A DNA stretch of 64,000 bases from Malacoraja senta (taxonomy: Eukaryota). The notes beneath the pieces are model-generated. The model was not told where the DNA came from. It did no database searches and worked only from the letters and a program-made list of their open reading frames with translations. The translations under genes were made by a program, and so were the position numbers. The DNA lies in contig JAXLNO010005136.1 in NCBI GenBank assembly GCA_038087875.1, positions 1-64,000 of the forward strand, written 5' to 3'. Shown here in pieces: positions 39,082-52,427 of this stretch (positions are counted from its first letter, which is position 1; each line of letters begins with the position of its first letter).

Positions 39082-40929
39082 CAAATGAATTGTATAGATG
39101 GCACAGAACACAGCTAGTGTATGGTGGTGGTGGAGGAAATTAATATTTAGGTTGACTCAATATTTATTTAAACTCAGTTGCTTTATGAGATAAGAGTTGG
39201 TCGTAACATAATGTTCAGCACAGGCACTGTGGGCCAGAAGGCCTGTTCCTGTGCTGTACTGTTGTTCTATGTGGTCATGGATAGTGTCAAATATCTGGTG
39301 TCGTTGGAACTATACTCATCCAGGTCAGTGCAATGTTTTCCAGTGCTTGCTGCAGACAATCCAGCCTCTGAACTGCTTCTGAAGGTCTAGTTGAGTTCCT
39401 GGTCATTGGTGATCCCGAGGGTATTGTGATGGGAGAATCAGTGATGGTAATGTCTTAATAGCCACGTAGTTTAGATTAGTAGGTGTAGGTGTTAGAGTAG
39501 GTGTTTAGATTTTCTATTAAGTGAGCTGGTACTTTTCTGTGGTTCAAATGTTACTTGCCATTTGCCATAGATAAGCTGTGAGTTGGTGTTTACCCATTCA
39601 GTTCCGAGGCCACCATCGGAAAGAAGTGAGGAGTCATGCTTGTCCTTAGCCAGTAATATTCCATAAAACGGCATCACTGAGAGAGTAGACACAGGGAGCT
39701 GTAGATGGTGGTTTACAAAAGCACAGTGTACTCTCACATTATGGCAGTTCATGTGGCAGAAATTCACCCTTTTAGCATTCACAAATAGCCAACAAAAATT
39801 TGAGAATTAAAAATGATTTTCAGGATTTGTGTGAAAAATTAATAATCTTTAAATGTTTACAGAGAACTGAGCTAGTTTATCAAGAACAACAATCTCAGGC
39901 TGCAGGTTCGCAGCAGGCCACTTAGAATAGCTTTGGAAACAGACAAAGCTATCGTTTTCACAGATAATCGTACAACAATACCTTACCAAATAACTTAGCA
40001 TTCATTTCTACTTAATTACACAGCATTTAAACATTCACTTTCTCTTCAGCCTACAAGGCAATTGGAATTTCTTACATTTAGATTGCACACCCATGGGGAC
40101 ATTACTGGCGAGAGAGTATATAACTTCCCATACAAGCACCTCGTTAGTTATAATATGATTCAATGAGAAAAAATGGTTCACCTTATTGAAACGTGAAACA
40201 GGCAAATTTCTAGCAATGCAAAACCTCCGTAATGTGGGTGTAAATTGGCTCTCGTTATTTTTTAGTTGCTGTTAATGGGTCCAAGCTAACAAAAGACATT
40301 GGAGAAATTAAATATAATTGTTGTCTTTCCATTGCTATCAATCCATGAGTAGTAAAACTAACAAGGTGAAGTATGTTGTAAGCGTGGAGAGATTTGAGCG
40401 GTGTTGGTGTTCAGAGGGAACCAGGCATCTTTGCACACAAAACATTATAAAGTTAATAAGATAAACAAGGAACTGCAGATACTAGTTTTTAAAAAAAGAC
40501 ACAAAGTGATGGAGTTCCTGTCTCCAGTTAGGAAAACAGTACATTGCAGTATAGTGTAAGAGGATTTGTGGACAGGAATGAGGAAGTCTTGTTTTAATTA
40601 AATACAACCCTAGTGAAATTGCAACTGCAATGTTGTTTATAAGTCTCACTACCTATTGTAGGGTTTATCTACAATGGGGTGAGTGCAGTGAAGCTATACC
40701 AAATCACTTCTTGGGATGGCGTGTTTGCTCTTCTGAGCAAAGATGAAGCAGGCTGGGCCATTAGCTCTTTTTAGAAGAATGAGGGGTGATCTTATTGAAA
40801 TATATAAGAGGGGTTTAATGCTATAAATAAAGGCACGTGCTAATAGTCAGTTGGGGAAAGAGGAGTGGAACTAACAACAGAAGATGGGATGCGATTGATA
40901 GAAGTAACCAGATGATGCATTCTAATGAG

Positions 40930-41240
40930 ATAGGACAGTGAAACACATAAGAGAGGTGGGGATAAGCGAAGTAGGGAATCGTGGAGGGAGTGGCTCCTGC
41001 GGAAAGCAGAAAGACTTGGGGATGGCAAGATGTGACTGGCAGTGGGGATTGTGTTGTAGCTGGCGTAAATGTTGAAGAATAATGTGCTGGATGCAGAGGC
41101 TGGTGGGGTGAAAGCTGAGGACCTGGGGCACTCTATCCCTGTTCTGTTTGTGGGGAGGCAGGTTGAGAACAGATGTGCCAGAAATTGAGTTGCGGGAAGC
41201 TGGACCATCAGTCACAGTGCGGGGGGGAGTTCATTTCCTG
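40930..41240 (-). mobile_element. Older, decayed Penelope-like fragment
   Basis: The reverse complement resembles 38250-38460 (NRDRVP...FHPTSL-like translation). Confidence 0.6.
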
Positions 41241-41834
41241 AAGGAGGAGGACAGTTCCAAGGTCCTGGAGTGGAAGATTCATCTCGAACAAATGCGATGA
41301 TCCATGATCTAGAAAGAAACAAAACGAGCCCCAAGGTCTTCCTGATGGGGAATGGAAGTGCATTGGGACTGGGCATCTGTGGTGAAGATGAGTGGAGGGG
41401 GCCGAGGAATTGGAAGTTGTTGAAATGGTGGAGAACATGCAAGATGCTCTAGATGCTGGTGTGAAGGGACTGGACAAGTGGGGGGACAAAATAGAGTCTT
41501 GATATGAGAAGATGTGTTCAGTGGCGTAAGAGCAGGCTGGTGTGGGAGTTGGAGTTGGAGATGAAGTGGGTGGGGAGGTGGTATGACATGGCATGGTCAG
41601 AGGCAAGGGGAGAGCTGTGGCACCCAGCGGCATTCGGGGTCCCGTTCTGGGGAGCAGTGAGATTGGGGTGGGCATTGGATCCAGGGAGATGATGTTTCCC
41701 TTGGCTGATATGATTAGAACAGGGTCATGGTTTCAGAATAAGGGACTGACCATTTGGGGTAGAGATGGGAAAAATGGTTTCAAGCATTGGTTGGTGAGAT
41801 TGTGAAACTTTCAGCAGTTGGGTGCAGTGACTGC

Positions 41835-42090
41835 CGAGTGTTAGGAGAGCTGCTGATTCACAGCACAGACGAGCCGGTTTCGATCCTGACCTCCACTACC
41901 ATCTGTGTGGAGTTTGCACGTTCTCCCAGTGACCGTGTTGATTTTCCCAGGGTTCTCCAATTTCTCCCATATCCCAAAGACCTGCGGGTTGGTAGCTTAA
42001 TTGGCTGCTGCAAATTGCTCCAGTTCTGCAGGTGAGTGGAAGAATCTGGAGGTAATTGACGGTAATGTAGGGAGAATAGATTACAGGCAA
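41835..42090 (+). mobile_element. V-SINE (HE1-like)
   Basis: GGTTTCGATCC B-box, then TGTGTGGAGTTTGCACGTTCTCCCAGTGACC. Confidence 0.78.
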
Positions 42091-42109
42091 CATGTACTGG
42101 GAACAAGGA

Positions 42110-42442
42110 CTGGACAAGCTAGATGCAGGAAAAATGTTCCCAATGTTGGGCGAGTCCAGAACCAGGGGCCACAGTCTTAGAATAAAGGGGAGGCCATTTA
42201 AGACTGAGGTGAGAAAAAACTTTGTTGTGAATTTGTGGAATTCCTGGCCACAGAGGGCAGTAGAGGCCAAATCACTGGATGGATTTAAGAGAGAGTTGGA
42301 TGGAGCTCTAGGGGCTAGTGGAATCAAGGGATATGGGGAGAAGGCAGGCATGGGCTATTGATTGGGGACGATCAGCCATGATCACAATGAATGGCTCGAA
42401 GGGCCAAATGGCCGCCTCCTGCACCTATTTTCTATGTTTCTA
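42110..42442 (+). mobile_element. Young CR1 3' fragment nested in a V-SINE
   Basis: GLDKLDAGKMFPMLGESRTRGHSLRIKGRPFKTEVRKN with a (TTCTATG)-type tail. Confidence 0.85.
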
Positions 42443-42792
42443 TAAATGGGATTGCTATCTGGGACGGCATAAACACCTCATAAACAAGTCGAAGACCAAT
42501 TCATCTTTGGATATGAAGAGATTTGAGCACGTGTTAGTGCAGAAATGTGGCAGTCAGGTGAGAGATCGCCATGATGTTATTGACTGGAACAGAAGGAGTG
42601 AGGGACGAATGGCTTGTCCAGCTGATTGTTATGCTCTGCTCTGTTGCAGTTATGCTGCCCCAGATATCTACCACAACATTTGTATTCTGCCCCATCCATA
42701 GTCGCACTTTATTCTATTTACTTCTGAAAACCTTCAAAAATTATCTTTTTGAAAAGCTTTCCACGATAACGAACCTCTGCTTTCGTGAACTA

Positions 42793-43204
42793 AATAAGCG
42801 AGTTCGTTTTTCTGAAAAACACAAGGAATCATGGGATTTGTCAAGGTCACAAGCGATAAAAGCTCTCATCAGCTGTGCTACGGCATGGACACAGACCTGG
42901 GCCTCATCCGGGTCTCCGGCGCCGCAATTGCTGCCGAACCGCCACTGGACCATCCCCGTCCCCCTCTTGAGTGCCTGGGGGCGCCGCTCCCGTCTGACTC
43001 CCGACGTCTCTGGTTGCCCCCGGACGGGGGGGGGAGGGGACGGGGATGGTCCAGTGGCGGTTTGGCAGCGATTGCGGCGCCGGAGACCTGGGATCGATCC
43101 TGGCTACGGATGAGGCGCAGGTCTGTGTCCATGCCATGGCACGCCTGCCGAGTGTTTTTCGCTTGTGACCTATGACCTGAGTCAGAATACCGAACTCGCT
43201 TATT
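42793..43204. repeat. 412-bp GC/CpG-rich palindromic element (MITE-like)
   Basis: Ends are AATAAGCGAGTTCG and CGAACTCGCTTATT, with ~170-bp arms and a ~60-bp spacer. Similar peptides appear on both strands in the ORF track. Confidence 0.9.
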
Positions 43205-43749
43205 GCTTTACTGTTAATGATTCCAAATTTTCAAAAGTTGGTCATTAACATGTTCACCTTAGCAATAAATGTTATTATGTGCTCAGCTACCAAACTTACT
43301 TGTGTCTGCTCTTGCATGCAAAGAATAGCATTGGCAGACTTCACAAAGAGCATTTAATCAGAGATTAACCTGAAACCAGCACTTTCAGACATTCAAGTGA
43401 AGAGTTGTTAGCTCACTGATCCTTTGTGTGCAAACTTTGAGACCCATTCTGTGACAAGAGTGGTCATATCAAGCCTGTACAAAGCTTTTATATTGCAGAA
43501 TATGTTTGCACACCAACTCTTGGTAACACTGTGGAGCAGATTAAAGAAAACAAGTTTTTTTTTTTGATGTTATACTTTTTAAAAACTTGGTTAGTGTTTA
43601 CTTATGGAGTAAAATGTATTGAAACTTCCAGTTTCAACTAATATCAGCTTATTTCTAAAATGACTGGAGAACCCAACAAGTATGTTGTATCTCCCTCCAG
43701 ATTTATTTTTGATGTAAGTTGAAACACCTTCTCACAAACCTTCCACAAA

Positions 43750-44070
43750 GTATATAGAATTATGAGAGGTACAGATGGGTAGATAGTCACTTTTTCCCCA
43801 AGGTGGAAATATTAAATATTAAAGCACATGGATTTAAGGTGAGAATGGGAATTTAAAAGAGCTTTATGAGGCATTGATAGGTGCCTAGAATGCGCTGCCA
43901 GAGGAAGTGGTGGAGTAGATACTATAGGAGGATTAAGAGGCATTAGACAGACACATGAACAGATAGAAATGGAGGGAAATAGACAATGTGCAGGCAGATG
44001 TGCAGTTAAATGAACAGTGTAGATATCACAGGCTGAAGGACCTGCTTATGTGCTGTACTGTTCTATGTTC
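43750..44070 (+). mobile_element. Decayed CR1 3' fragment
   Basis: AGTATATAGAATTATGAGAGG...TGTGCTGTACTGTTCTATGTTC tail. Confidence 0.7.
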
Positions 44071-45389
44071 CAGCCATGGGCCATGGCAAAGGCAAACTTT
44101 AGATTCTTTAGGATGTGTCCCAGCCTTGGTGTTGTGTATGAGCTGTGTTCATGAGTGTGCAATGTGTGTTTCATCTGTGTTTCATTCTTTTGTTTGCATT
44201 GGTTAGATCCAACACTTCAACCTGGTATCAGTGCTACTTGTCCTCAACATTCCAGCCCTCCCGTTTATGTCTTTGGGGACTGGAATTGTGTTCATTTGAA
44301 GGGGTGCTGGGGAGCTTCCCAGAAACATGAGTGTCCTCACGAGTTTAAGCAATGAGCATTATCTGCCATGGGAATCTCCAGAGCTTTAACATCAAAGAAT
44401 GAAAAGTAAATTTCATCATGAAGTCTGGATTTCCAGCAGAAGAGGTGAAGTTTGGGGCTGGATTGTCTTCCCAGGGAATGGGAGACTAAAATCCCATAAT
44501 TTAACTTCAAGAATTTGAACTTGTTTAAGCATCTCAGTAGTGTTTAAAGACTACTTGGAAGTGTGGTTAAAGGACCACGACCTGCAGACCAAGTGCTGGA
44601 GAATGTGATTCAACAGTTGACTCGTGGTGTTCGGGTACTATGGGCTGAATGGCCTTCTGTAATGTAAATGTTCGGTGATTCTGTGACTAATGGCCATAAT
44701 TGAACTTAAGTAATGCTCCATTAGGTTCACTGATGGCCACAAGGGAAATAAACCAAGTAGCTTTGCAGATTAGGACCATGTGTAACTGATTCCACACCGA
44801 GCATTGTGTGACAGCTCCCCTCTTAAACATCCCTCGGTTACCCCAGGGTTTATCCTTCCCTCGACACCCAGGGAGGGGCAATAAATGCCAGTTTTGCCAG
44901 CCTGTGTGTGAAACTGTTTAAATGATGCGAAAAGACAGTTGGGAAATATAGGAAGTTGAGAAATAATAGAAACCTCCTTGGAGGCTTATGTGAATAGCCC
45001 TCTTGCTTTTCTCTGCCCCCCCCCCTCCTCTGTCTCTCCACCATCCGCTCCAGCATACATCTGTAACCTATCCTAGAGCCCACCTCCGCCCCCCAGCCGA
45101 CCCCTCGTGCCAACCCTGTTCTGTGCCCCAATGTCCTCAACCCAGACAGACCTCTACCATTCTGCCCCGTTTACTCCACATACCTTCTCCATACCTCCCC
45201 ACTCTCTTGTCTGTGACTATCTCACCGTGAATAAACGGCTGTATTTTCCTGCAGTTGAAGTTTGGGTGGCTTCTGCATTCCTCATTAGGTTGGGAGCGTG
45301 GCTGGAACGTGGCCAGACCTCAGGGTGAGGCTTTGCCTGAAGCAGGGGGTGTGTACTCAGCAGCCAACTGTTAACCCTGTGTGTACCGC

Positions 45390-45600
45390 ACTGGAAATAG
45401 ATGGCTGTTTTTTCATCGACTCTGGGTCTAAATCCTGGCACTTGTTTTGCCTGCAGAACCTGTGGAGCACCTTCGCCAAAAGGACTGCAGCGGGTTGCAA
45501 ATTGGCTCAAAGCCTCCTTCTTGAGGACAATTCTGGATGGGCAATAAATGTTGGCCACCATGCCAACAATGCTCAAATCCTGAAAAATATTGAAATAAAC
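45390..45600 (+). mobile_element. L2/CR1-like LINE 3' end (related pieces at ~44760-44900 and, on the minus strand, ~37960-38100)
   Basis: GGACTGCAGCGG...GGACAATTCTGGATGGGCAATAAATGTTGGCC tail that recurs in the window. Confidence 0.55.
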
Positions 45601-46458
45601 AAGACCTGGCAAGTTTATCTCTGAGCAAGTTTGCCAGTCCTTCTAACAAAACCATGGCTTCTTCCAGCCACTTCCCTGACTTCTGTTACTTCTCCCCAGC
45701 TGCTGATGTGCTGGAGCTGGTTTCTCTGCTGAGCCACTTGCAATGAACAGTCAGTGGACAGCCCAGTAGTGGGATGGCCAAGACCAGCACACCAGGGCAT
45801 GGGGGGATCCCACAGCCCACGGCACTCCCCGGCTGTCTGGCATGGCACCATGTGGTCTCTCAATCTTTTCCACAGATTTACCGAGTTGCTGATACTGTCC
45901 CCATTATCAGTACAATGAATAAAACGCTATCAGGATACAGCCTGAATTACAAAACCAAACATTGTTTGAGGGACTTAGTGAAATACACAAAACTTAATCC
46001 CCTTACGTGTCTTAGTTCCCTTTCCTCTCTCTCCACAGCATTCCTCTTGCTTTCCAGAGATAGATTTCATAACAGCTCTCCCCTTCTGATCAATACTCTG
46101 AAAACAAGTCACACACCTGTGGGTGTGAACTTGTGTTACGCACTGGCTGAAAGCCCCTGGTTCTGCTCTGCTGAAAGCAGTCAATGGAATGTACCTGTGT
46201 TGTTTGTTTGTTTTCTTAACGGGGTCTGTGAACAAGACAAAGTCTCAACAAATAGACTCTTTCTGGTCTGTGTTTCGGTGCAGATGTCCTGCCATAACTT
46301 GGAAAGGATCCCATCGTGAGCCCTGTAGCCCACTTTCACCAGAGAACGTAAGGAGAGCAGGAATGGAAGCAGGAGAACTCCATTGTGCCTGCTCTGCCAT
46401 CACTGTGACTGTGGATGGTCTTTTGCCTCAGCACCACCTTCCTGTATTAATTAGAAGG

Positions 46459-46660
46459 ACATAAAGTGCTGGATTAACTCAGCGGGTCAGGCAATATCTC
46501 TGGAGAACATGGATAGGTGATGTTTCAGGTCGGGATCCTTCTTCGGACTGAAGAAGAGAGCCGACCCGAAACATCACCTATCCATGTTCTCCAGAGGTGC
46601 AGCCCAAAGAAGCACTTTGTGTCCTTCTTTGTAAACCAGCATCTGCAGTTCCTTGTTTCT
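46459..46660. mobile_element. Fold-back (head-to-head) copy of the short Penelope-derived element
   Basis: CTCTGGAGAACATGGATAGGTGATGTTTC and GAAACATCACCTATCCATGTTCTCCAGAG are exact reverse complements, centred near 46548. Confidence 0.8.
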
Positions 46661-47628
46661 ACTTCCTACATTAATTCATGTTTCTTGATTCCTATATTAT
46701 CCAAATAGTTATCACTCTGTCTTGCCCTGACCTTGCTCACTACATGGCCTGTCTACATCCTCTCAAGCTTCTCTGCAGTCTCCTCGCAAACAGTTTTGCA
46801 TCACAAGTGGATGTGGATGTCTTGCACTTTATTATATGATTATGAATAGCTGGGGCTCTCAACATCAACCCCTTCAGCAGCCCCAGTAGTTTTCGGAAAG
46901 TTCAAATACACCACCCAACACAGTTGCTTTTATCTACTTTCAACCAAGATATCAACATATTTCACTTTCATAAATCCAATCTTGTTTATTATTTTCCTGT
47001 CGCCACTTCCTTGGTAATAAATTCTGCCATTTTCCTTATTACTGATGTTGAGCTTACTGCTGTTTTGCTTTATTTTTGAACATCACCTGCTACCTTCCAG
47101 TCGGTGGGAGCCATTCTAGGATCTGTGACAGTCTGACGGGTGGCAACCATGCCTCCACTGTTTTCATGATTGCCTTCAGACCCCACAGATGCAGGTCGTT
47201 CGGTCCTGGAGATCAGTCAGCCTTCAGGCATTAGTTTCTCCTCCATCATATTTGTTAAGCAATGCAAATGTCTTTGAACTCATTCATTCTAGACCTGTTA
47301 TACTTCAGTATTTCCAGGAAATTTTCTGTGCCAGCTCTGTTACGACAGGCAAAGTGTTTGTTTAATTTCTCTGCCATTTCCTTATTCCCTGGTTTTTTTG
47401 CCATCTGATTCTGAGTGGCAAAACAAGGTTGCCCTTTTCTGTTGCTTAACCCAATATTGCTTTCTTCGAGGACTTGCGAATGTGTGGGTAATTCATATTT
47501 GATCAAAAAGGTTGTCAGTGATGTATGTTTGTGAGTGAGTGAAGTATGGCGATAGCTAAAAGGGATTTTTGTTTTAACCTTAGAAATGTTTCAAGAGTTT
47601 GAATCTAGGGTCAAATTGTTCTTCAGGG

Positions 47629-47652
47629 CACACACACACACACACACACACA
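47629..47652. repeat. (CA)12 microsatellite
   Basis: Read directly from the sequence. Confidence 0.95.
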
Positions 47653-50600
47653 GCCACTAAATTAGTTTAAAGTACGACTTTCTAATCTGATTAGCAGTCT
47701 CACTAACTTTTCCTTGTTGGAGACTATGTAAATGGGAGTGTTTGCTGTGTGCAGCTGTTTGGGAGTGCAGTATTACCAGTGTTTAGCAATTCTTGCCCTG
47801 AGGGTTTGGCATGTGCATTAATTCTTTTGTGGTTGGTTTAATGGACATATCCTGTCGCGTGGATACTGACAAGTTAGCCGTGTCCAAGACCCACCTGTCT
47901 GATGTCAGCACCTGGGAGTATCAAGAACGCTGCACCTTTGAAGTAATTTATCGAGAGACTGACAGCTGGCAGCAGCTGTGAGCTCAGTAGAAAAGAGCTA
48001 AATGCTCTGAGGGCATCTGATCCAACATCAGCACAATTGTTCAGCATTTTTTTGGAGGAGCACACCTTGACTGGCGGCGCATTGCGCAAGAAGGCAGGTG
48101 TTAGCTGACAGGAGTTGGCACACACACATGCGCACAGGCAGAACTTGCAGACAAAAGCATTTTCTGTAACCCAGTGTCAAAGGGCATGAGGTGCTTGTGA
48201 CCAGGGTCTGAGGAAAGCAGGGGGTCAGAAACTGAGGGGGCAAATGAATGAGCAGGGGGTTGGAAACTGAATAACACAGAGGTGCAGTAAATAAACAGAA
48301 AAAAAATAACAAAGTACTGCTGTTTAAATCCTGATAATGGGACTAACAAGGGACAAGTTGTGCTACTGCCCCACAAAGGCCTGGAGCACACATGGAGTGG
48401 TAGGCAATGTAGGGAGATAGTCATAGAAACTTAGTCAGGGAATCGGATTTTCTGGGAGTTGGTGAGATTCTATGACACAACAAGGCCACTGTCTTTGTTC
48501 TATGATTATCTGGAAATGTGATAAAGATTGCAGAGATCTGAGGTGGACTGATCTGGGTGCTCTTGTCCATGACGTTCAAATGGCTGGTACACAGGTGCAG
48601 CAAATAATAAGGATAGGTTTTCATTTATCGCTGGGGAATTGTACACAAAGTATTGAGGTGACACTACAGTTACCTGGGGCATGGGCAGACCACGTATCAG
48701 TCGAGTTACTGAGGAAAAATATTAATGAGTTGGAGGTAATTCTGAAACCTGGAATGGGCAGATTGTCTGATGAGGTAAGGTTGGACACTGGAGGCATATA
48801 TCTACTAGTGTTTAAAAGAGTGAGAAGGGATTTATGTGAAAGTAGCAACTGCCCAGTTCCATTTATCTGGGGCAGTGGCTTGAGAGCAAGCCAGAAGGGT
48901 AAAAACACGGGAGGAAATGGGATGGAAAACTCATGAACTGCATGACTGAGTGCAAGAAATTAAAGATGGCGGAAGATACAATTATGGGAAAGCTGGAAAC
49001 AGTCCATAGATCCTGCAGACTTGTCCTGTCTGTGGTCATCGTCAGATTACAGAGCACTCATGTATAGACAATTCACGTGCCAGACAATAATGATATCCAA
49101 CAGGAGAAAATCCCATGTTTGAGAGTGACTTGTGACACATTAGTAATATGAGAATATAGCCACTTCCCTCAATTAATGCCCTGAGCAATGTTACTGCCCG
49201 TTTAGCTAATACCATGAGTGGGATGAATACTATAAACGGTCAACATGGAAAGTCTGCAAATATAAAGTTCTCTTTTTGCATCGGCATTGTTTAGAAAAGT
49301 TCTCAACGGATTTAACCCGTTATCCTTCCAGTCACGGCAATTTGTTGCATCTCTGGACTGAAGGTTTTCAGCAAAGAAAATTAACTGATTTTACCAAACA
49401 TTAATTAAAAAGCAAAACATTCAGCTTTATTTTAAACAAATCTCAGTCTGTGAAATTAATTTAATTTGAATTATGTAATGTTAAATTTGGTGTCTTTAAA
49501 TCATTTATGTAGCCCAGTCCTTTGACAGCCTTTCACTCAGTCACGAGCCGGTGACTGGATTCCTCAGCGTTGAATGAAAATCTGTCTGAAGTACATCTGC
49601 ACAAGTAAACAAGTGACTCAGAGAGCAGTGTTAGACCCTTGTTTAGTAAAAGATTATGGAACAAGCAAACCATAATGAGGTCAAACTGAGGTATAGAATT
49701 ACAGGCACAGCCAGTAGAGCAAGAAACTTTAATCGGCACAACAACTAATCTCATCCTTGCCGACAGACCCAAGTGTGGCCATGCATTTATTGGTGAATGT
49801 TATTGAGTCAGCACAATAAATGCAAAAATGCAGGGTGCTATGGTGTTACAATTGAAGCACCACTTCATGCCTGTGTGTGTCATTGGACAAAACTGATGTT
49901 AACTAGTTGTCCACAACATGCACAAGTAGCTTGGGTAACTCGTGCACTTGACCAGCATGTCACCGCTCTGCGGAACTGGCAAGTTGTCAGCTGTTGGACC
50001 CAGTCCGGAAGCCATAACTCTGTGACCAGTTCCTGCCAATGCTTTGTGATTCTGCAGCAGAGTTTGTGTCTGGAAGAGGCTGAGGGCAAAATTGAAATTC
50101 ATGTTTTTACTTACTAATCCACGATGTGGACCATGAAGGTAATGCCAGAATTACTGTCTATCTCTCATTGCTCCTGAATTTAGAAGTTAACTATATTATG
50201 GGTCTTGATTACTGTGATAGATTTACCTCCCTCAGTGCTGGCCTTGTTCCCATTGTCTATGCCCTGTGAAATTGTGCTTTTAAAACTAGTTAGCCTTGGC
50301 CAGAGATTACATTTAGGACCTCTTCACTGAACAGTTCAAAACAGAAACACCACCCAACATTCAGTATGTTTACTCAACGGCAGTCCGACCAATTAGAATA
50401 CTATTATTGCCAACACATCTGACCCATACTTGTGTAGCTCAGTTACAAGTTGGCATTGCCAACAGTGTCAAACATGTGATACCCATGTGGTCATAGAATT
50501 GGCTGTGGAGGTTTACACTCTCCAGATCTCTGAATGAGTTGGTATGTTAATACAAACCAGCTACATGATTAAATCAACGCACAGCAGGCCGCAATTAGAG

Positions 50601-51209
50601 TCATACAGTGTGGAATCATGTCCTTCAGCCCAACGTGCCTACGCCAACCAACATGCCCCATCTACACTAGTCCCACCTGCCCATATCCCTCTAAGCCTAT
50701 CCTATCCATATAACTGTCCAAATTTCTCTTAAACATTATGTTAGTACATGCCTCAACTACCTCGTCCAGCAGCACATTCCATATACCCACCACCCTTTTA
50801 TGTGAATGCTATAATCTGGAGCAAAAACAAACCATTGGAGGAACTCCACTGGTTCCAGTATCTATGGAGGCAAAACATTTCTGGTCAGAACCCTACATCA
50901 GAATTAATTCAAGGTTTGAGCTCAAATACACGATGTAGTTAAGGTGATTGCCAAACAGTTTTCTTAGTATTTTCACACCTCCTGCCAGCCTTTCATTTGT
51001 GAACCACACTTGATCATAAATGTAATAATAAGGAACTGCAAATGCTGCTTAATACCAAAGATAGACACCCAATGATCTCCAGAGATGCTGCCTGACCTAT
51101 GCTGAGTTACTCCAGCACTTTGCACCTATCTTTAGATCCTGAATATGTTGTTTTTCCACATTCACGCTCCCTGGATGATTCCAAGCCGGGGTGGAGTAAC
51201 CACAGTTAC

Positions 51210-51512
51210 AATAGAGAATAGACAATAGCTGCAGGAGTAGGCCATTCGGCCCTTCGAGCCAGCACCGCCATTCAATGTGATCATGGCTGATCATCCCCAA
51301 TCAGTACCCCGTTCCTGCCTTCTCCCCATATCCCCTGACTCTGCTATCTTTAAGAGCCCTATCTAGCTCTCTCTCTATCCAGAGAACAGGCCTCCACTGC
51401 CCTCTGAGGCAGAGAATTCCACACTCGCAACTCTCTGTATGAAAAAATGTTTCCTCGTCTCGGTTCTAAATGGCTTACCCCTTATTCTAAAACTGTGGCC
51501 CCTGGTTCTGGA
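51210..51512 (-). mobile_element. Young CR1 3' fragment (same subfamily as 36998-37175)
   Basis: (CAATAGA)n tail followed by GGAGTAGGCCATTCGGCCCTTCGAGCCAGCACCGCCATTCAATGTGATCATGGCTGATC, near-identical to 37011-37070. Confidence 0.85.
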
Positions 51513-52240
51513 CCATGACGGAAACACTCTACACCTCTACCCCGTCGCACTCACAGACAGAGAACCCTAAGAAAACACCTGCTGCTGTGATGGATTTAGG
51601 TTTTCTGCAATTGAGAGGTGAAGCATTGATTGCATGCACAGGAGACGGGGCAGGTCAACCACGCGATGCTGACAGTGAGTATATCAGTGACTGGGATGCA
51701 GCCTCACTGTCAGGCAACCTCTCCCCTCCACAAGCTTCTGCCGCCACGCACAGCTCGCCGGGAGCTTCTGCCGCTCGTAATGAAACAGTACTACTTCACA
51801 TGAAGAAAGTTGTTCATCCTGTGTCTTTACACCAATCCTTTACTCCTACAGACTCTCTGCTTCCGTACACAAGCTTCCAGCCAAGCTCATCCGTAGCTCG
51901 CAGTGTGGAACCTAAACACATTGATACAGTTATCTGAGCTCCTGGTGAAATTGATTATTGACACTGTATGTGCTTGTTACGTTTCAGCTCAAATACAATG
52001 AAGAATGTAGAACAGTAAACATAGAAACAGACGCTTCGGCCCATAATGTCTGTGCCTATAAGAACTTTGAACAGTGCAATGGAATTTATAAACTCTTGTA
52101 CTTTTTTGAAATATTGTGTACTAATGCAAGCTGGTGTGATTATCGTTTGTGCTCATTCAGCAACAACGTCGGAGATTTGGCGAATGAGCTGCTGTCGGTG
52201 CTTCTCAATGACCCATCCTTGCCGTTCTCCTTTCCTGCAG

Positions 52241-52427
52241 TATTCTCCAGAGCTGAAGAAGCTGTACTGTCAGATTGCCAAGACGTGCCCCATCCAGATC
52301 AAAGTGATGACGCAGCCACCACAAGGAGCTGTGATCCGAGCCATGCCAGTGTACAAGAAGGCGGAACATGTCACGGAGGTGGTGAAACGTTGCCCGAACC
52401 ATGAGCTCAGCAGGGAGTTCAATGATG
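52241..52427 (+). CDS. TP63: TP63 exon 5, DNA-binding domain ([17 protein letters not shown]...[14 protein letters not shown]), 187 nt
   Basis: tttcctgcag| acceptor and G|gtaatg donor. Contains the Zn-ligand CxxH motif (CPNH). Confidence 0.98.

Noticed and set aside
42571-43175. Overlapping 180-aa and 114-aa ORFs with mirrored peptides on both strands
   Set aside because: Explained by the GC-rich palindrome, which has few stop codons. No recognisable protein domain.
28564-52240. miR-944 orthologue in intron 4
   Set aside because: I saw no match to the recalled mature sequence, and the two long hairpins are unrelated in sequence.
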